A DNA stretch of 64,000 nucleotides from an uncultured Flavobacteriaceae bacterium (GCA_964432885.1 CAYSPG010000010.1:10708-74707); one strand, 5' to 3'. Numbered from the stretch's first letter, positions 19,035 to 29,219 are shown. Numbers and translations are program-made. The notes: generated from the sequence alone by a model not told the origin.

Positions 19035-20222
19035 TTAAAAATCATCGTACAGTAAATACTTTTTGCGCATCTGCTTATACTTGTTTAGTTCAGGCTGCCA
19101 GCTTTTTCTTATCTCGTCTTCGGTTTTACCTTCCATAATTTGTTTGCGAAGTTGGTCAGTTCCGGCAAGTTTATCAAAGTATTCAGTAAAAAATTTTTCT
19201 TTTGTTTGATAGTTGTCAAACAAATTTTTTAGCCAGAATAAATATAGCTGCTTTATTGTTGGAATATAATTATCACCAAACTCGCGCAAGTCAAATCCTT
19301 TGCACTCCACATTTTCATAAGGTGGTTTTACCGAAACTCCTTTAATACTTTTGGGTGTAAATGCAAAAGGCCCTTCATTAAAACCCGGGTAACCCAGTAT
19401 CTGAAATGGATAGTCGGTGCCACGGCCAACACTTACCACAGTTCCTTCAAAAAAACAAAGCGATGGATACAAGTAAACCGCTGTCATGTTAGGCAGGTTA
19501 GGCGATGGCCTTACAGGTAATTTGTAAAGTGTTTTGTGCGTATAGTTTTTTACCTTAACTACTTTTAAGCTACAGGTTGCACCTCCGCTCAGCCATTTTT
19601 CTCCATTCAGCATTTGGGCGTACTCGCCCATTGTAAGCCCATGCACAACAGGAATAGGATTCATTCCAACAAAAGATGCAAACTTTTTATCAAGCACAGG
19701 CCCATCAACATAATGGCCGTTAGGGTTTGGTCTGTCAAGCACAATCAATTGCTTTTTATTTTCGGCACACGCTTCCATCACGTACTGTAATGTGCCTATG
19801 TAGGTATAAAACCGTGCTCCCACATCCTGCATGTCAAACACAAGTACATCCACATCTTTTAAGTCATCACGTGTTGGTTTTTTATGCAACCCATAAAGTG
19901 AAACAATGGGCAATCCCGATAGCACATCCGTGCTGTTGTTTACCAGTTCGCCATCGGCTGCATCGCCTCTAAATCCATGCTCGGGTGTAAAAATTTTTAT
20001 TACATCAAGATTTACCGATAAAAGCAGGTCAACCAAATGTGTTTTGCCAACCAACGAAGTTTGATTGGCCACTACGCCAATTTTCTTTTTCATTATTAGC
20101 GGTACATATTCTTGCACCTGTTCGGCACCGGTAATTACACTGTCGGTATGCTGTGCAAAACTGCTGTCAGCAAATTGCAAAAACAAAATAAGTAATAAAC
20201 ATGACCGCATTTTTAAAAGCAT
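19035..20222 (-). CDS. DUF1343-family protein (exo-beta-N-acetylmuramidase NamZ-like)
   Basis: 395 aa with a signal peptide. Contains the conserved DUF1343 blocks (VFDMQDVGARFYTYIGTL, LDRPNPNGHYVDGP). Confidence 0.7.
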   Translation of the reverse strand: MLLKMRSCLLLILFLQFADSSFAQHTDSVITGAEQVQEYVPLIMKKKIGVVANQTSLVGKTHLVDLLLSVNLDVIKIFTPEHGFRGDAADGELVNNSTDVLSGLPIVSLYGLHKKPTRDDLKDVDVLVFDMQDVGARFYTYIGTLQYVMEACAENKKQLIVLDRPNPNGHYVDGPVLDKKFASFVGMNPIPVVHGLTMGEYAQMLNGEKWLSGGATCSLKVVKVKNYTHKTLYKLPVRPSPNLPNMTAVYLYPSLCFFEGTVVSVGRGTDYPFQILGYPGFNEGPFAFTPKSIKGVSVKPPYENVECKGFDLREFGDNYIPTIKQLYLFWLKNLFDNYQTKEKFFTEYFDKLAGTDQLRKQIMEGKTEDEIRKSWQPELNKYKQMRKKYLLYDDF

Positions 20223-20260
20223 AAATTTGAACTCAAATTAAAAGCAATTTTAAAAATAAG

Positions 20261-21481
20261 TTGAATTACGAATACTTTATAGCCCAGCGTTTTTTCAAAG
20301 GAGATGTTAACAACAAGCGCATCTCAAAACCGGTACTTGTAATTGCTGTTACCAGCATTGCGCTTAGCGTGGCCGTAATGATTATAGCGCTATGCATTGT
20401 TACAGGTTTTAAAAACGAAATTACTTCCAAGGTTTCAGGTTTTGGCTCGCATATCAGAATAGGAGGGTTTGATAATAACCAGTCGTATGAAGAAAATCCG
20501 GTTAACAGAAATCAGCCATTTTATACCACCCTGCAACACGATGCGCGCGTAAAAAATATTCATGCATTTGTAACCAAAGCCGGAATTATAAAAACAGATG
20601 CAGAGTTGCAAGGGGTGGTGTTAAAAGGTATTGATTCTGATTTTGACCCTTCTTTTTTTGATGATAAAATGACAAGTGGAAAATTTTCTTTTTTTACCGA
20701 CTCCACAAAAAACCCCATCATCATATCAAAAAAAACTGCGCTTGCACTAAACGTGAAACTTAATGATGCACTGGTAATTTATTTTATTGAACAACCGGCA
20801 CGTGTGCGCAAATTTGTAATTACCGGAATTTATAATACAGGACTTGAAGAGTTTGATAACCTGTATGCGTTTTGCAACATGGCCATCATTCAAAAACTAA
20901 ATAACTGGACCACCAATGATGTGGGAGGATTTGAGCTTACAGTAAAAAACTTTAATAAACTGGATGAGGTAAGCCAGCATGTTTATAAAATATCAGGTTT
21001 TGATTTTAATACCCAAACCATCAAAGAACTTTATCCCGAAATATTTCACTGGCTTGAATTGCAAAACATCAATGTGGTAATAATTATTGTGCTTATGCTT
21101 GCCGTTGCCGGCATTAACATGATTTCCACACTGCTGATATTGATTTTGGAAAACACTACCACCATCGGGTTGTTAAAATCGCTTGGTGCTCAAAATATCA
21201 GCATCCGAAAAATATTTTTATACCTGTCAGTATATATTATCGGCTTAGGGTTAATTTTTGGCAATGCAATTGGTATATTACTATGCGTGTTGCAAAAAAG
21301 TTTTCATTTGGTAAAACTTCCAGTTGAATCGTATTATGTATCGTATGTGCCTGTAAATTTTTCGTGGCAAATTATTTTATTGGTTAATACAGGAGCTTTG
21401 GTAAGTTGTATGGCCATGCTAATAATACCAAGTATGTTTATTTCGGCCATAAGCCCCATTCGCACCCTGCGATACGAATAG
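20261..21481 (+). CDS. FtsX-like ABC transporter permease (LolE/MacB-type)
   Basis: 406 aa. An N-terminal TM helix is followed by a large periplasmic domain and a C-terminal FtsX 3-TM bundle. The start is a TTG at 20261, with no in-frame ATG upstream. Confidence 0.7.
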   Translation: MNYEYFIAQRFFKGDVNNKRISKPVLVIAVTSIALSVAVMIIALCIVTGFKNEITSKVSGFGSHIRIGGFDNNQSYEENPVNRNQPFYTTLQHDARVKNIHAFVTKAGIIKTDAELQGVVLKGIDSDFDPSFFDDKMTSGKFSFFTDSTKNPIIISKKTALALNVKLNDALVIYFIEQPARVRKFVITGIYNTGLEEFDNLYAFCNMAIIQKLNNWTTNDVGGFELTVKNFNKLDEVSQHVYKISGFDFNTQTIKELYPEIFHWLELQNINVVIIIVLMLAVAGINMISTLLILILENTTTIGLLKSLGAQNISIRKIFLYLSVYIIGLGLIFGNAIGILLCVLQKSFHLVKLPVESYYVSYVPVNFSWQIILLVNTGALVSCMAMLIIPSMFISAISPIRTLRYE

Positions 21482-21482
21482 A

Positions 21483-22196
21483 TTAAAAAAAACGGTATTT
21501 AGCCAGGCAATAGATAGCACGCAGTCCATCGGTAATGCCAATTTTTTTTCCTTGCACTGTTGTGCGCGCACGGTAGGATATGGGCACCTCGTAAAATGAT
21601 GTGTGTGCGTTGCGCAATAGTTTCATGGTTATTTCGGGCTCAAAGCCAAAACGGTTTTCGGTAAGCGTTAGGTTTTTGATTAATGATGTGCGTATAAGCT
21701 TATAGCACGTTTCCATATCGGTAATTTTTTTTCCAAGCAAAATTTTGGTGAACCATGTTAAGAACAAGTTTGCAGCTTTGCTGCTAAAGCGCATATTATG
21801 ATTTTGTTTTTGCAAAAACCTTGACCCATAAACAACATCAGCATTTTTTGTAATTGCAACAGAAAGCAGTTTGTTATAATCGTTTGGGTCAAGTTCAAGG
21901 TCGGCATCTTGTATTATGATGTAATCGCCTGTAACTTTTTTTAATCCTGATCGAATGGCAGCACCTTTCCCTTTATTTACATCATGCCTGATAAACGAAA
22001 AATTACATTTGTTTGCATTGACCGCTATAAACTTTTCTACTTCTGTTGCGCTGCCATCGTTTGATGTGTCATCAACAATAATTATTTCTTTTGCAATGGC
22101 ATTTGTTAATATAACCCGGCAAACTTTTTCCAACACAGAATGCACAGTTTCTTCCTCGTTAAAAACAGGAATAATAATGGAAAGCGTTTTAATCAT
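21483..22196 (-). CDS. glycosyltransferase family 2 (polyprenol-phosphate sugar transferase-like, DPM1/ArnC-type catalytic domain)
   Basis: 237 aa with LSIIIPVFNEE, DDTSNDGS and IIQDADLELDP motifs (the DxD of GT-A). Confidence 0.75.
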   Translation of the reverse strand: MIKTLSIIIPVFNEEETVHSVLEKVCRVILTNAIAKEIIIVDDTSNDGSATEVEKFIAVNANKCNFSFIRHDVNKGKGAAIRSGLKKVTGDYIIIQDADLELDPNDYNKLLSVAITKNADVVYGSRFLQKQNHNMRFSSKAANLFLTWFTKILLGKKITDMETCYKLIRTSLIKNLTLTENRFGFEPEITMKLLRNAHTSFYEVPISYRARTTVQGKKIGITDGLRAIYCLAKYRFF

Positions 22197-22229
22197 TAAA
22201 AGAATTGCGCAAAAGAAAGAAGCAGAGTA

Positions 22230-22625
22230 TTATTTATCAAGCACCGATTTAATATCGGGCAAAAAGTAATTGTTGCTTTTCATAATTTTTCCGTCTTCGC
22301 GGTAAATGGGTTTGCCATTGTCATCAAGCTTACTCATATTGCTGCGGTGAATTTCGTTAAACACTTCGGTAATTTTATGTTGAAGCCCGTGTGCAATTAT
22401 CGTTCCGCACAAAATGTAAAGTTTATCTCCAAGTGCATCGGCTATCAACTGCAAATTGTTTTGCTGGGCAGCTTCCAGATACTCATCATTTTCTTCCTGC
22501 ATAAGCCTATGCCGGAGTTCAATAATATTTTGACTAATCTCAGCAGTAGGTTTTTCATGGTACTCAAGCCCAAATACGTGATGAAATTCTTTTACTTTAT
22601 CAATGGTTTGAATTAGGGTTTGCAT
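22230..22625 (-). CDS. MazG-like nucleoside triphosphate pyrophosphohydrolase family protein
   Basis: 131 aa and all-alpha. Acidic EExxE/DEL-type motifs are present (ELRHRLMQEENDEYLEA). It is co-oriented and tightly packed between rpe and the GT2 gene. Confidence 0.45.
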   Translation of the reverse strand: MQTLIQTIDKVKEFHHVFGLEYHEKPTAEISQNIIELRHRLMQEENDEYLEAAQQNNLQLIADALGDKLYILCGTIIAHGLQHKITEVFNEIHRSNMSKLDDNGKPIYREDGKIMKSNNYFLPDIKSVLDK

Positions 22626-22637
22626 AGGTTAGTGTTT

Positions 22638-23282
22638 TTAATTTTTAAGTTGTGATATGGTTTGTGATGGATTTGAGCTTGAAAAAACTGTATTGCCTGC
22701 CACCAATACATCGGCCCCGGTTTGAATTAGTTTTTTATAGTTGTTTAAATCAACACCTCCGTCAATTTCAATAAGTGCGTTTGAGTTTTTTTGAGCAATT
22801 AAATATTTTAGTTCCAAAATTTTTGAATACGTGTTTTCAATAAACTTCTGACCGCCAAAGCCAGGGTTCACACTCATCATGCAAACCAAATCTAAATCAA
22901 AAATAATTTCGGACAATGCGGATACAGGTGTATGCGGGTTAATGGCTACACCGGCTTTCATGCCAGCCGCTTTTATGGCCTGCACTGTACGATGTAAATG
23001 AGTACAGGCTTCATAGTGCACACTCAACACATCGGCACCTGCATTTTTAAAATCCAAAATAAATTTATCAGGCTCTATTATCATCAGGTGCACATCAAGT
23101 GGCTTGGTGGCATGTTTTTTTATCGCTTTAATTACAGGCAATCCAAACGAAATGTTGGGCACAAACACACCATCCATCACATCCAAATGAAACCAGTCGG
23201 CATTACTGGTGTTTACCATTTCAATATCTTTAAAAAGATTAGAAAAATCGGCTGATAAAAGTGAGGGGGCTATCAGGGACAT
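22638..23282 (-). CDS. rpe: ribulose-phosphate 3-epimerase
   Basis: MSLIAPSLLSADFSNLFKDIEMV...HLDVMDG...VHLMI is the canonical Rpe TIM barrel. ATG confirmed at 23282. Confidence 0.9.
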   Translation of the reverse strand: MSLIAPSLLSADFSNLFKDIEMVNTSNADWFHLDVMDGVFVPNISFGLPVIKAIKKHATKPLDVHLMIIEPDKFILDFKNAGADVLSVHYEACTHLHRTVQAIKAAGMKAGVAINPHTPVSALSEIIFDLDLVCMMSVNPGFGGQKFIENTYSKILELKYLIAQKNSNALIEIDGGVDLNNYKKLIQTGADVLVAGNTVFSSSNPSQTISQLKN

Positions 23283-23321
23283 TGGGGTTCAAGGTTTAAA
23301 GTTTGAGATTTGAGGTTTGCA
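23283..23321 (-). repeat. tandem heptanucleotide array (AAACNNN)x5 abutting the rpe start codon (sense strand)
   Basis: In the minus-strand sense: tttgc AAAC ctc AAAT ctc AAAC ttt AAAC ctt GAAC ccc a-ATG. Confidence 0.55.
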
Positions 23322-23496
23322 AATATTAGATAAAAGCGCTGTACTAAAAAATAAGTTACGATAATGTTATTAATTTTTTTGAACCATATAGCATTCTCTG
23401 TTTGTATTGACGGGTTTTGAAATTGCTACCTGCTAACAAGTATCTTTATCCCTTTGTATGATTATGTTTTTTTGTTTTTAAAACAGCTAACCGTTT

Positions 23497-25071
23497 ATGC
23501 AAGTTAAAAAAAACGCATTGCTTCTTGTTTTTCCGGTACTCACTTTTGTGTTAAGCATAATTGTGGTAACAGAGCGGCAGCCTTACTACGCCTGCTGGAG
23601 CGACCCTCCGTACTGCTACCTCTACAATGGGTTAAACATTGCATCGGGTAATTTTAAAGTTGGCCAGGTTGACCACCCGGGCACACCCCTGCAATTATTT
23701 TCAGCTGCATCCATAAGGTTGTTTTTTCTTTTTAGTGATGATAAAGATGTGGTGCATGATGTTCTTTCGCGGCCCGAATGGTATTTGTTCAGGGTGGGAA
23801 TTTTGCAAAGTGCGGTGGTGGCTCTGTGTATGTTTATAGCTTCATGGTTAACGTATAGATTTACTGCAAATATGTTTTATAGCGTGTTCATTCAGTTTAC
23901 ACACCTTGTGTCGTTCCATGCATTGTTTTTTTCTCAAAATCTTATGACAGAGTTTGTGCTAACCTGCACCGGAATTTTGCTTGCCCCTTTTTTAATAAAA
24001 TATGTATTAACAAGTAAAGAGGAGGGAAGCCGCATCATTTTTCCTGCAGGTATTATTGCAGGCATAATGCTTGCCGGAAAAATTTCTTCTTTTCCGGTTT
24101 TTATCCTTTGGCTTTTGGTAATGAAGAGCAAAAGGCATCTGTTTTTTTTTACAGCATCAGTCATTGCCTCGTTTTGTGTTTTTACCATACCTGCATGGCA
24201 TGCGGCCGGTGAGTTTTTTGGTTTTATCACAAAAATTACCACACACACAGGCAAGTATGGTGCCGGTGAAAAAGGCATGGTTCTGTGGCCTGAGTTTTTT
24301 GCTAACCTTAAAGTACTGCTGCTTGACAGCTATCTTTTTACCTTGTTTTGTTTTGCACTCACACTACTTACTGTGCGCGCATTGCTTACGTTTATTAAAA
24401 CTAAAACCATGCAGCCGCACCAGCGGGTGTTTGTTGCCACGTGGCTGGTTACTGCCATGCAACTGTTTATTGTTTCAAAACACTTTGGCAAGCATTACAT
24501 AATGCCTGCTTACCTATTAATTATTCCAGCAGGTATTATTTTACTGATGGTTAAAAACTATGTGTTTGTAAAAGCAAAATGGGCAATGGTTGTGCTGTTT
24601 ACAGCCGGCTTTGCATGGGTGGCCAAGTCGGCAGTGCAGTACGATTTTTTTCCGGGCTTGCAACAACCCGGCAGGCAAACAGCACAGGCCATAAAAAAAC
24701 AAAAGTTTGATTTAACTATTTTTGATTGCAATGTTACAGCCCCGTTGCCACAAGTGGCTTTGCTGTTTGGTGTTGGTTATTCGGGCAATATGGCAAACCA
24801 TTATAAGGCGTATTTAAAAAATATTTATCCGCCATTTTTTTGGGAAAACGATGGCAATGGCATGATGCGCAACTTTACGGGCGAGTATAAACCGGCCGAT
24901 GTTTTGCCCGATTCTATTTCTGTTCTTTACTATTCCGACAATCCGAATTTTGAAATTAAAAACAAACAATGGGATGACGGAAAAATAACGATTGACACCG
25001 TATTGTTTTCGTATAAAAATGCAACATCGGGCGAAACGATGCATATTATAAAGCTGAAAAAATCAAACTAA
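23497..25071 (+). CDS. polytopic membrane protein, possibly a GT-C-fold (ArnT/PMT-like) glycosyltransferase
   Basis: 524 aa with at least 10 predicted TM helices, followed by a soluble C-terminal domain. It is divergent from the rpe-MazG-GT2 operon. The family assignment is tentative. Confidence 0.4.
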   Translation: MQVKKNALLLVFPVLTFVLSIIVVTERQPYYACWSDPPYCYLYNGLNIASGNFKVGQVDHPGTPLQLFSAASIRLFFLFSDDKDVVHDVLSRPEWYLFRVGILQSAVVALCMFIASWLTYRFTANMFYSVFIQFTHLVSFHALFFSQNLMTEFVLTCTGILLAPFLIKYVLTSKEEGSRIIFPAGIIAGIMLAGKISSFPVFILWLLVMKSKRHLFFFTASVIASFCVFTIPAWHAAGEFFGFITKITTHTGKYGAGEKGMVLWPEFFANLKVLLLDSYLFTLFCFALTLLTVRALLTFIKTKTMQPHQRVFVATWLVTAMQLFIVSKHFGKHYIMPAYLLIIPAGIILLMVKNYVFVKAKWAMVVLFTAGFAWVAKSAVQYDFFPGLQQPGRQTAQAIKKQKFDLTIFDCNVTAPLPQVALLFGVGYSGNMANHYKAYLKNIYPPFFWENDGNGMMRNFTGEYKPADVLPDSISVLYYSDNPNFEIKNKQWDDGKITIDTVLFSYKNATSGETMHIIKLKKSN

Positions 25072-25161
25072 TTAGCACCAATAAATAAAACTGCCCCGAC
25101 CTTGCTTGCGCGTTTTGATGGTTTAACAAAAAACAATTACGTTTGCTCCAAATAATATGAT

Positions 25162-26016
25162 ATGAACTTTAAGTCAACCGTTTTTAAATCAACACTTGCA
25201 TTAAGCATTGTGTTTTTTTCGTGCAATAATTCATCAACCAATGAAAACGCATCGCAGGCCGATAGTGTTGCCATGCAGGATACCACCCCTGCCGGTGAAC
25301 TGGCTACGTACCATTTTACCTATACCATTGGCAATATTGCAGCCCTGTCGCCCATGCAGGTGCTTGATGAGTTTTCAAAATCAAATTTACCCGTTGATGC
25401 AAGTTTGTGCAATCCTTCGGATAATGCGGGTAATTACCGTACCACATTAAAGCAGGCTTTTAATTATGGAATTTATGGAGTTGACCTGGGCTACCTTGTG
25501 GTAAGCAATCGCACACTTGATGTAATTACTTATTATGGAGTTACTAAAAAACTGGCCGAAGAATTAAATATGTCTGAAACGTTTAACCGTTTTGTGGATA
25601 GGTTTGAAGCCAATAAAGACAATAAGGATACCCTTACCCGAGTTGTTGACGAGGCTTTTGCCGCATCCGATGCTTTTTTGCGCAGCAACGAGCGGCTTGA
25701 AACTGCAAGTCAGGTATTAGCAGGAAGCTGGCTCGAGTGCCAGTACTTAACCGTTGGGCTGTTGCAAAATGCTGAGCGCAATGCGAGTACCGAAATTCTT
25801 TTTCAGCGTGTGTGGGAGCAGCGGCTTTATCTTGAAAACATTGCAAAACTCCTTTCCGAATTTAAAGACAATGCAGAATTAACCCAAATTAAAACCGGCT
25901 ACGAAGGTTTACTTGCCATCTATAAAGAACCTGCCGATGCCAATGCAGTTAATAAAGAGTACCTGCAAAAACTATTTAAAGCACTTGGCGATGTAAGGGC
26001 CGGCATTATTAAATAA
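25162..26016 (+). CDS. hypothetical alpha-helical lipoprotein
   Basis: Signal peptide with a lipobox-like ...VFFSC followed by NNSS. No recognisable domain. Confidence 0.5.
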   Translation: MNFKSTVFKSTLALSIVFFSCNNSSTNENASQADSVAMQDTTPAGELATYHFTYTIGNIAALSPMQVLDEFSKSNLPVDASLCNPSDNAGNYRTTLKQAFNYGIYGVDLGYLVVSNRTLDVITYYGVTKKLAEELNMSETFNRFVDRFEANKDNKDTLTRVVDEAFAASDAFLRSNERLETASQVLAGSWLECQYLTVGLLQNAERNASTEILFQRVWEQRLYLENIAKLLSEFKDNAELTQIKTGYEGLLAIYKEPADANAVNKEYLQKLFKALGDVRAGIIK

Positions 26017-26051
26017 TTACATGGCAGCTTAAAAGTAAGCGCTGATAAAAA

Positions 26052-26085
26052 CTCCGGCAGAATAATACCTGCCGGAGTTTTTTTT
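26052..26085 (+). terminator. rho-independent terminator after the lipoprotein gene
   Basis: CTCCGGCAG-aataatac-CTGCCGGAG followed by TTTTTTTT. Confidence 0.7.
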
Positions 26086-26143
26086 ATTTACGGATGTTAC
26101 TTCTATAATTAAATTCGCAACCATTTGTTAGCGTTAAACTTTT

Positions 26144-29100
26144 ATGAGCGATAAAATTCTTCGTGCCCTTATGCAGCTTTTTGCAATTATTGCTAATGCA
26201 GAAAGGCTTAATATTAAAGGAAGAATTATTGTTGAAACTTTTTTGCAACAGCAAATAAGCCGTGCATTGGTGCAAACTTATTTAGGAATTTTTGACGAGC
26301 ATCTGGCTGCATTGCAGGGTAAAGCAACCGAGGGCAAACAAAAAAAACGCGTTTCAGTAAACTCGGTAAAGGTGTTACGTATATGCACCGAAATAAACAG
26401 CGAACTTGACCAAAAGCAAAAGTACATTGTGCTTATACGCCTTATCGAATTTGCCTTTTCATCGGGCGACCATGTTGACGAGCAGGAAATGGAATTTTTG
26501 TCAACAGTAGCAAATGTGTTTAATATAACCCATGATGAGTATGAACTGTGTCTTGAACTGGCAGCAGGAAAAAAAGATGAGGTAAAGGATGCTCAACAGT
26601 TTTTGGTAATAAATGCCGAAGCTAAGCATACGCAATATGCAAAGCACATCTTTAACGATTCGTTTGAAGGGAACTTAATTGTGCTTCACCTAAAGCAGGC
26701 CTCTATTTTATTTGTGCGCTATAGCGGCAGTGCACAGTTAACACTAAATGGCCATCCGCTGCCGGCCGATAGGGTAGGGGTCTTGTCACCGGGTTCGGTT
26801 ATACGTGGTGCCAAATCTCAGCCGGTTTATTATAGCGATATAATGCGCTGCTTTTTGGAGGATGCATCCAGGCAGGAAATAAACCTGCATGTTAACCAGG
26901 TACAGTATGTTTTTAAAAATGGTAAAAAAGGATTAAACCAAATAAGTTTTACTGCGCAGTCGGGCAACTTAGTTGGTGTAATGGGTGGAAGTGGTGCGGG
27001 TAAGTCAACATTACTAAATATCTTAAACGGAAATCTGAATCCTGCAGATGGTGAGGTGCTGGTTAATGGTGTAAATATTCATCGGTATAATAAAAAGCTT
27101 GAGGGTGTAATTGGCTTTGTTCCACAGGATGATTTGCTGATGGAAGACCTTACCGTGTTTCAAAATATTTTTTACAACAGCAAACTTTGCTTTGGCAATT
27201 TAACCGATGATGAGATTACAAAAAAAGCAGAAGCACTTCTTGATTCGCTGGGTTTATTAGAGATAAAAAATTTGCGTGTTGGCGATGTGCTTAACAAAAC
27301 CATAAGTGGCGGGCAACGCAAAAGATTAAACATTGCGCTTGAACTCATTCGAACACCCTCTGTGCTTTTTGTTGATGAACCTACCAGCGGCCTTTCATCG
27401 CTGGACAGCGAAAATGTGATGGATTTGCTAAAGCAGCTTTCCATTAGCGGTAAACTTGTGTTTGTAGTAATACACCAACCCAGCAGCGATATTTTTAAAT
27501 TGTTTGATAAACTTTTGATTTTAGATATTGGCGGCTATCCCATTTATTATGGCAACCCTGTTGACTCGCTCACCTACTTTAAGCGCAAAGCAAACTATGC
27601 CGATGCCGATGAAAGCGAATGTGAAAACTGCGGCAATATTAATCCTGAGCAGGTTTTTTCTATCATCGAATCAAAGGTGGTAGATGAGTTTGGTAATACC
27701 ACAACCTTACGCAAGTTTTCGCCTGCCGAATGGAATGAGTTTTTTAAACGCGATTTTTCTGAAACATTATCTGATAAAAACTGCAATTACGAACCGCTTA
27801 AAAGCGATTTTAAAAAACCCACGCGCCTGCAGCAGCTTATGGTTTTTATAAAGCGCGATGTATTTTCAAAACTAAATAATACTCAGTACCTGCTCATTAA
27901 TTTTTTGGAAGCCCCTTTGCTTGCATTCATACTTGCTTTCTTTTTAAAATATTTTAAGGAAGGGGGCAGCTACGTGTTTCGTGATAACCTTAACCTTACC
28001 GCATACATTTTTATGAGTGTAATAGTGGCTTTGTTTATGGGATTAACAGTTAGTGCCGAAGAAATTATCCGCGACCGCAAAATCCTGAAGCGCGAATCGT
28101 TTTTAAATCTTAGCCGCAGCAGTTACCTGCTTTCAAAAGTGCTGGTGCAGTTTTTAATTTCGGGCATTCAAACTTTTTCGTTTGTTATCATAGGCAATTT
28201 AATTTTTGGGGTAAAAGGAATGTATTTTGATTACTGGCTTGTACTGTTTTCGGTTTCATGTTTTAGTAATTTGCTTGGGTTAAACGTATCGTCTGCTTTC
28301 GATTCGGTGGTTACTATTTACATTCTTATTCCTTTTTTAATTATTCCGCAAATTATTTTAAGCGGATTAATTGTAAAGTTTGAAAACCTTAATCCAATAG
28401 TTACCTCTCAAAACAAAGTACCCATAGTGGGCGAGCTTATGGCTTCGCGATGGGCGTTTGAAGCATTGGCTGTAAACCAGTTTAAAAACAATGCGTACGA
28501 GAAACATTTTTTTGATGTAAATAAAGTGCTGAGTAATGCCGAGTACAAAGGCTTTTGGCTTGAGAAAATGGATAACAAGCTTGATTCATTGGTTAAAAAC
28601 AAGTATGGCATAAGGCGGCAGGTGCAGTTTGAGTTATTTAAAAGCGAACTTGTAAAAGAAGCAGCATTGTATCCGGAAATTAAGAGCGCTGGTTTAAGTA
28701 ACCTGAGTTTATCTGACACAGCACAAATTAAATTTGTGCTGCGCGAAATTAAAACGCAAAAAAATAAACGTGCCAGTGATGCCCGTAAAGCAAAAGATAA
28801 AATTGCCGCAAGCATAGGTGGTGATAAGTTGAAAATGCTTGAAATGGATTATGCGAACAAAAACCTTGAAGACTGGGTAAAAAATGCGGGGTTTAGTAAA
28901 GAGAATAATTTGATTACCGAATCAGAAACTGAAATAATTCAGCGCTTTCAACCTATATATACCGAAGGTTCATCCGAATCTTTTATCAGAGCACAATATT
29001 TTGTTTCGCGCAAGCATATAGTAGGCAACTACTTTAGCACGTATTGGGTAAACCTGTGTGTGATTTGGTTTATGTCCTTATTGCTTTGCGCAGCACTTTA

Positions 29101-29167
29101 TTATAATGTGTTTAGAAAAGTAATTAAGGCAGGCAGCGCACTTGGACAAAGAATTGCTACAAATTAA
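26144..29167 (+). CDS. fused ABC transporter (ATPase plus ABC-2/ABCG-type permease) with N-terminal TerB-like and FHA-like modules and a C-terminal coiled-coil tail
   Basis: 1007 aa. Walker A GVMGGSGAGKST, ABC signature ISGGQRKRLNIALEL and Walker B LFVDEPTSGLS are present, followed by 5-6 TM helices. Residues 1-150 have a TerB-like pattern (LIRLIEFAFSSGDHVDEQEMEFLSTVANVF). Residues about 185-240 are FHA-like (LTLNGHPL...PGSVIRG). Confidence 0.75.
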   Translation: MSDKILRALMQLFAIIANAERLNIKGRIIVETFLQQQISRALVQTYLGIFDEHLAALQGKATEGKQKKRVSVNSVKVLRICTEINSELDQKQKYIVLIRLIEFAFSSGDHVDEQEMEFLSTVANVFNITHDEYELCLELAAGKKDEVKDAQQFLVINAEAKHTQYAKHIFNDSFEGNLIVLHLKQASILFVRYSGSAQLTLNGHPLPADRVGVLSPGSVIRGAKSQPVYYSDIMRCFLEDASRQEINLHVNQVQYVFKNGKKGLNQISFTAQSGNLVGVMGGSGAGKSTLLNILNGNLNPADGEVLVNGVNIHRYNKKLEGVIGFVPQDDLLMEDLTVFQNIFYNSKLCFGNLTDDEITKKAEALLDSLGLLEIKNLRVGDVLNKTISGGQRKRLNIALELIRTPSVLFVDEPTSGLSSLDSENVMDLLKQLSISGKLVFVVIHQPSSDIFKLFDKLLILDIGGYPIYYGNPVDSLTYFKRKANYADADESECENCGNINPEQVFSIIESKVVDEFGNTTTLRKFSPAEWNEFFKRDFSETLSDKNCNYEPLKSDFKKPTRLQQLMVFIKRDVFSKLNNTQYLLINFLEAPLLAFILAFFLKYFKEGGSYVFRDNLNLTAYIFMSVIVALFMGLTVSAEEIIRDRKILKRESFLNLSRSSYLLSKVLVQFLISGIQTFSFVIIGNLIFGVKGMYFDYWLVLFSVSCFSNLLGLNVSSAFDSVVTIYILIPFLIIPQIILSGLIVKFENLNPIVTSQNKVPIVGELMASRWAFEALAVNQFKNNAYEKHFFDVNKVLSNAEYKGFWLEKMDNKLDSLVKNKYGIRRQVQFELFKSELVKEAALYPEIKSAGLSNLSLSDTAQIKFVLREIKTQKNKRASDARKAKDKIAASIGGDKLKMLEMDYANKNLEDWVKNAGFSKENNLITESETEIIQRFQPIYTEGSSESFIRAQYFVSRKHIVGNYFSTYWVNLCVIWFMSLLLCAALYYNVFRKVIKAGSALGQRIATN

Positions 29168-29219
29168 ACACTGTTGATTTACTATCTCATGCTATTTTTG
29201 TAACTAAAATTATAACATC

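Noticed and set aside
23286-23296. GGTTCAAGG resembling a tRNA T-arm
   Set aside because: It is part of the heptad array upstream of rpe. There is no acceptor stem, anticodon arm or CCA context.
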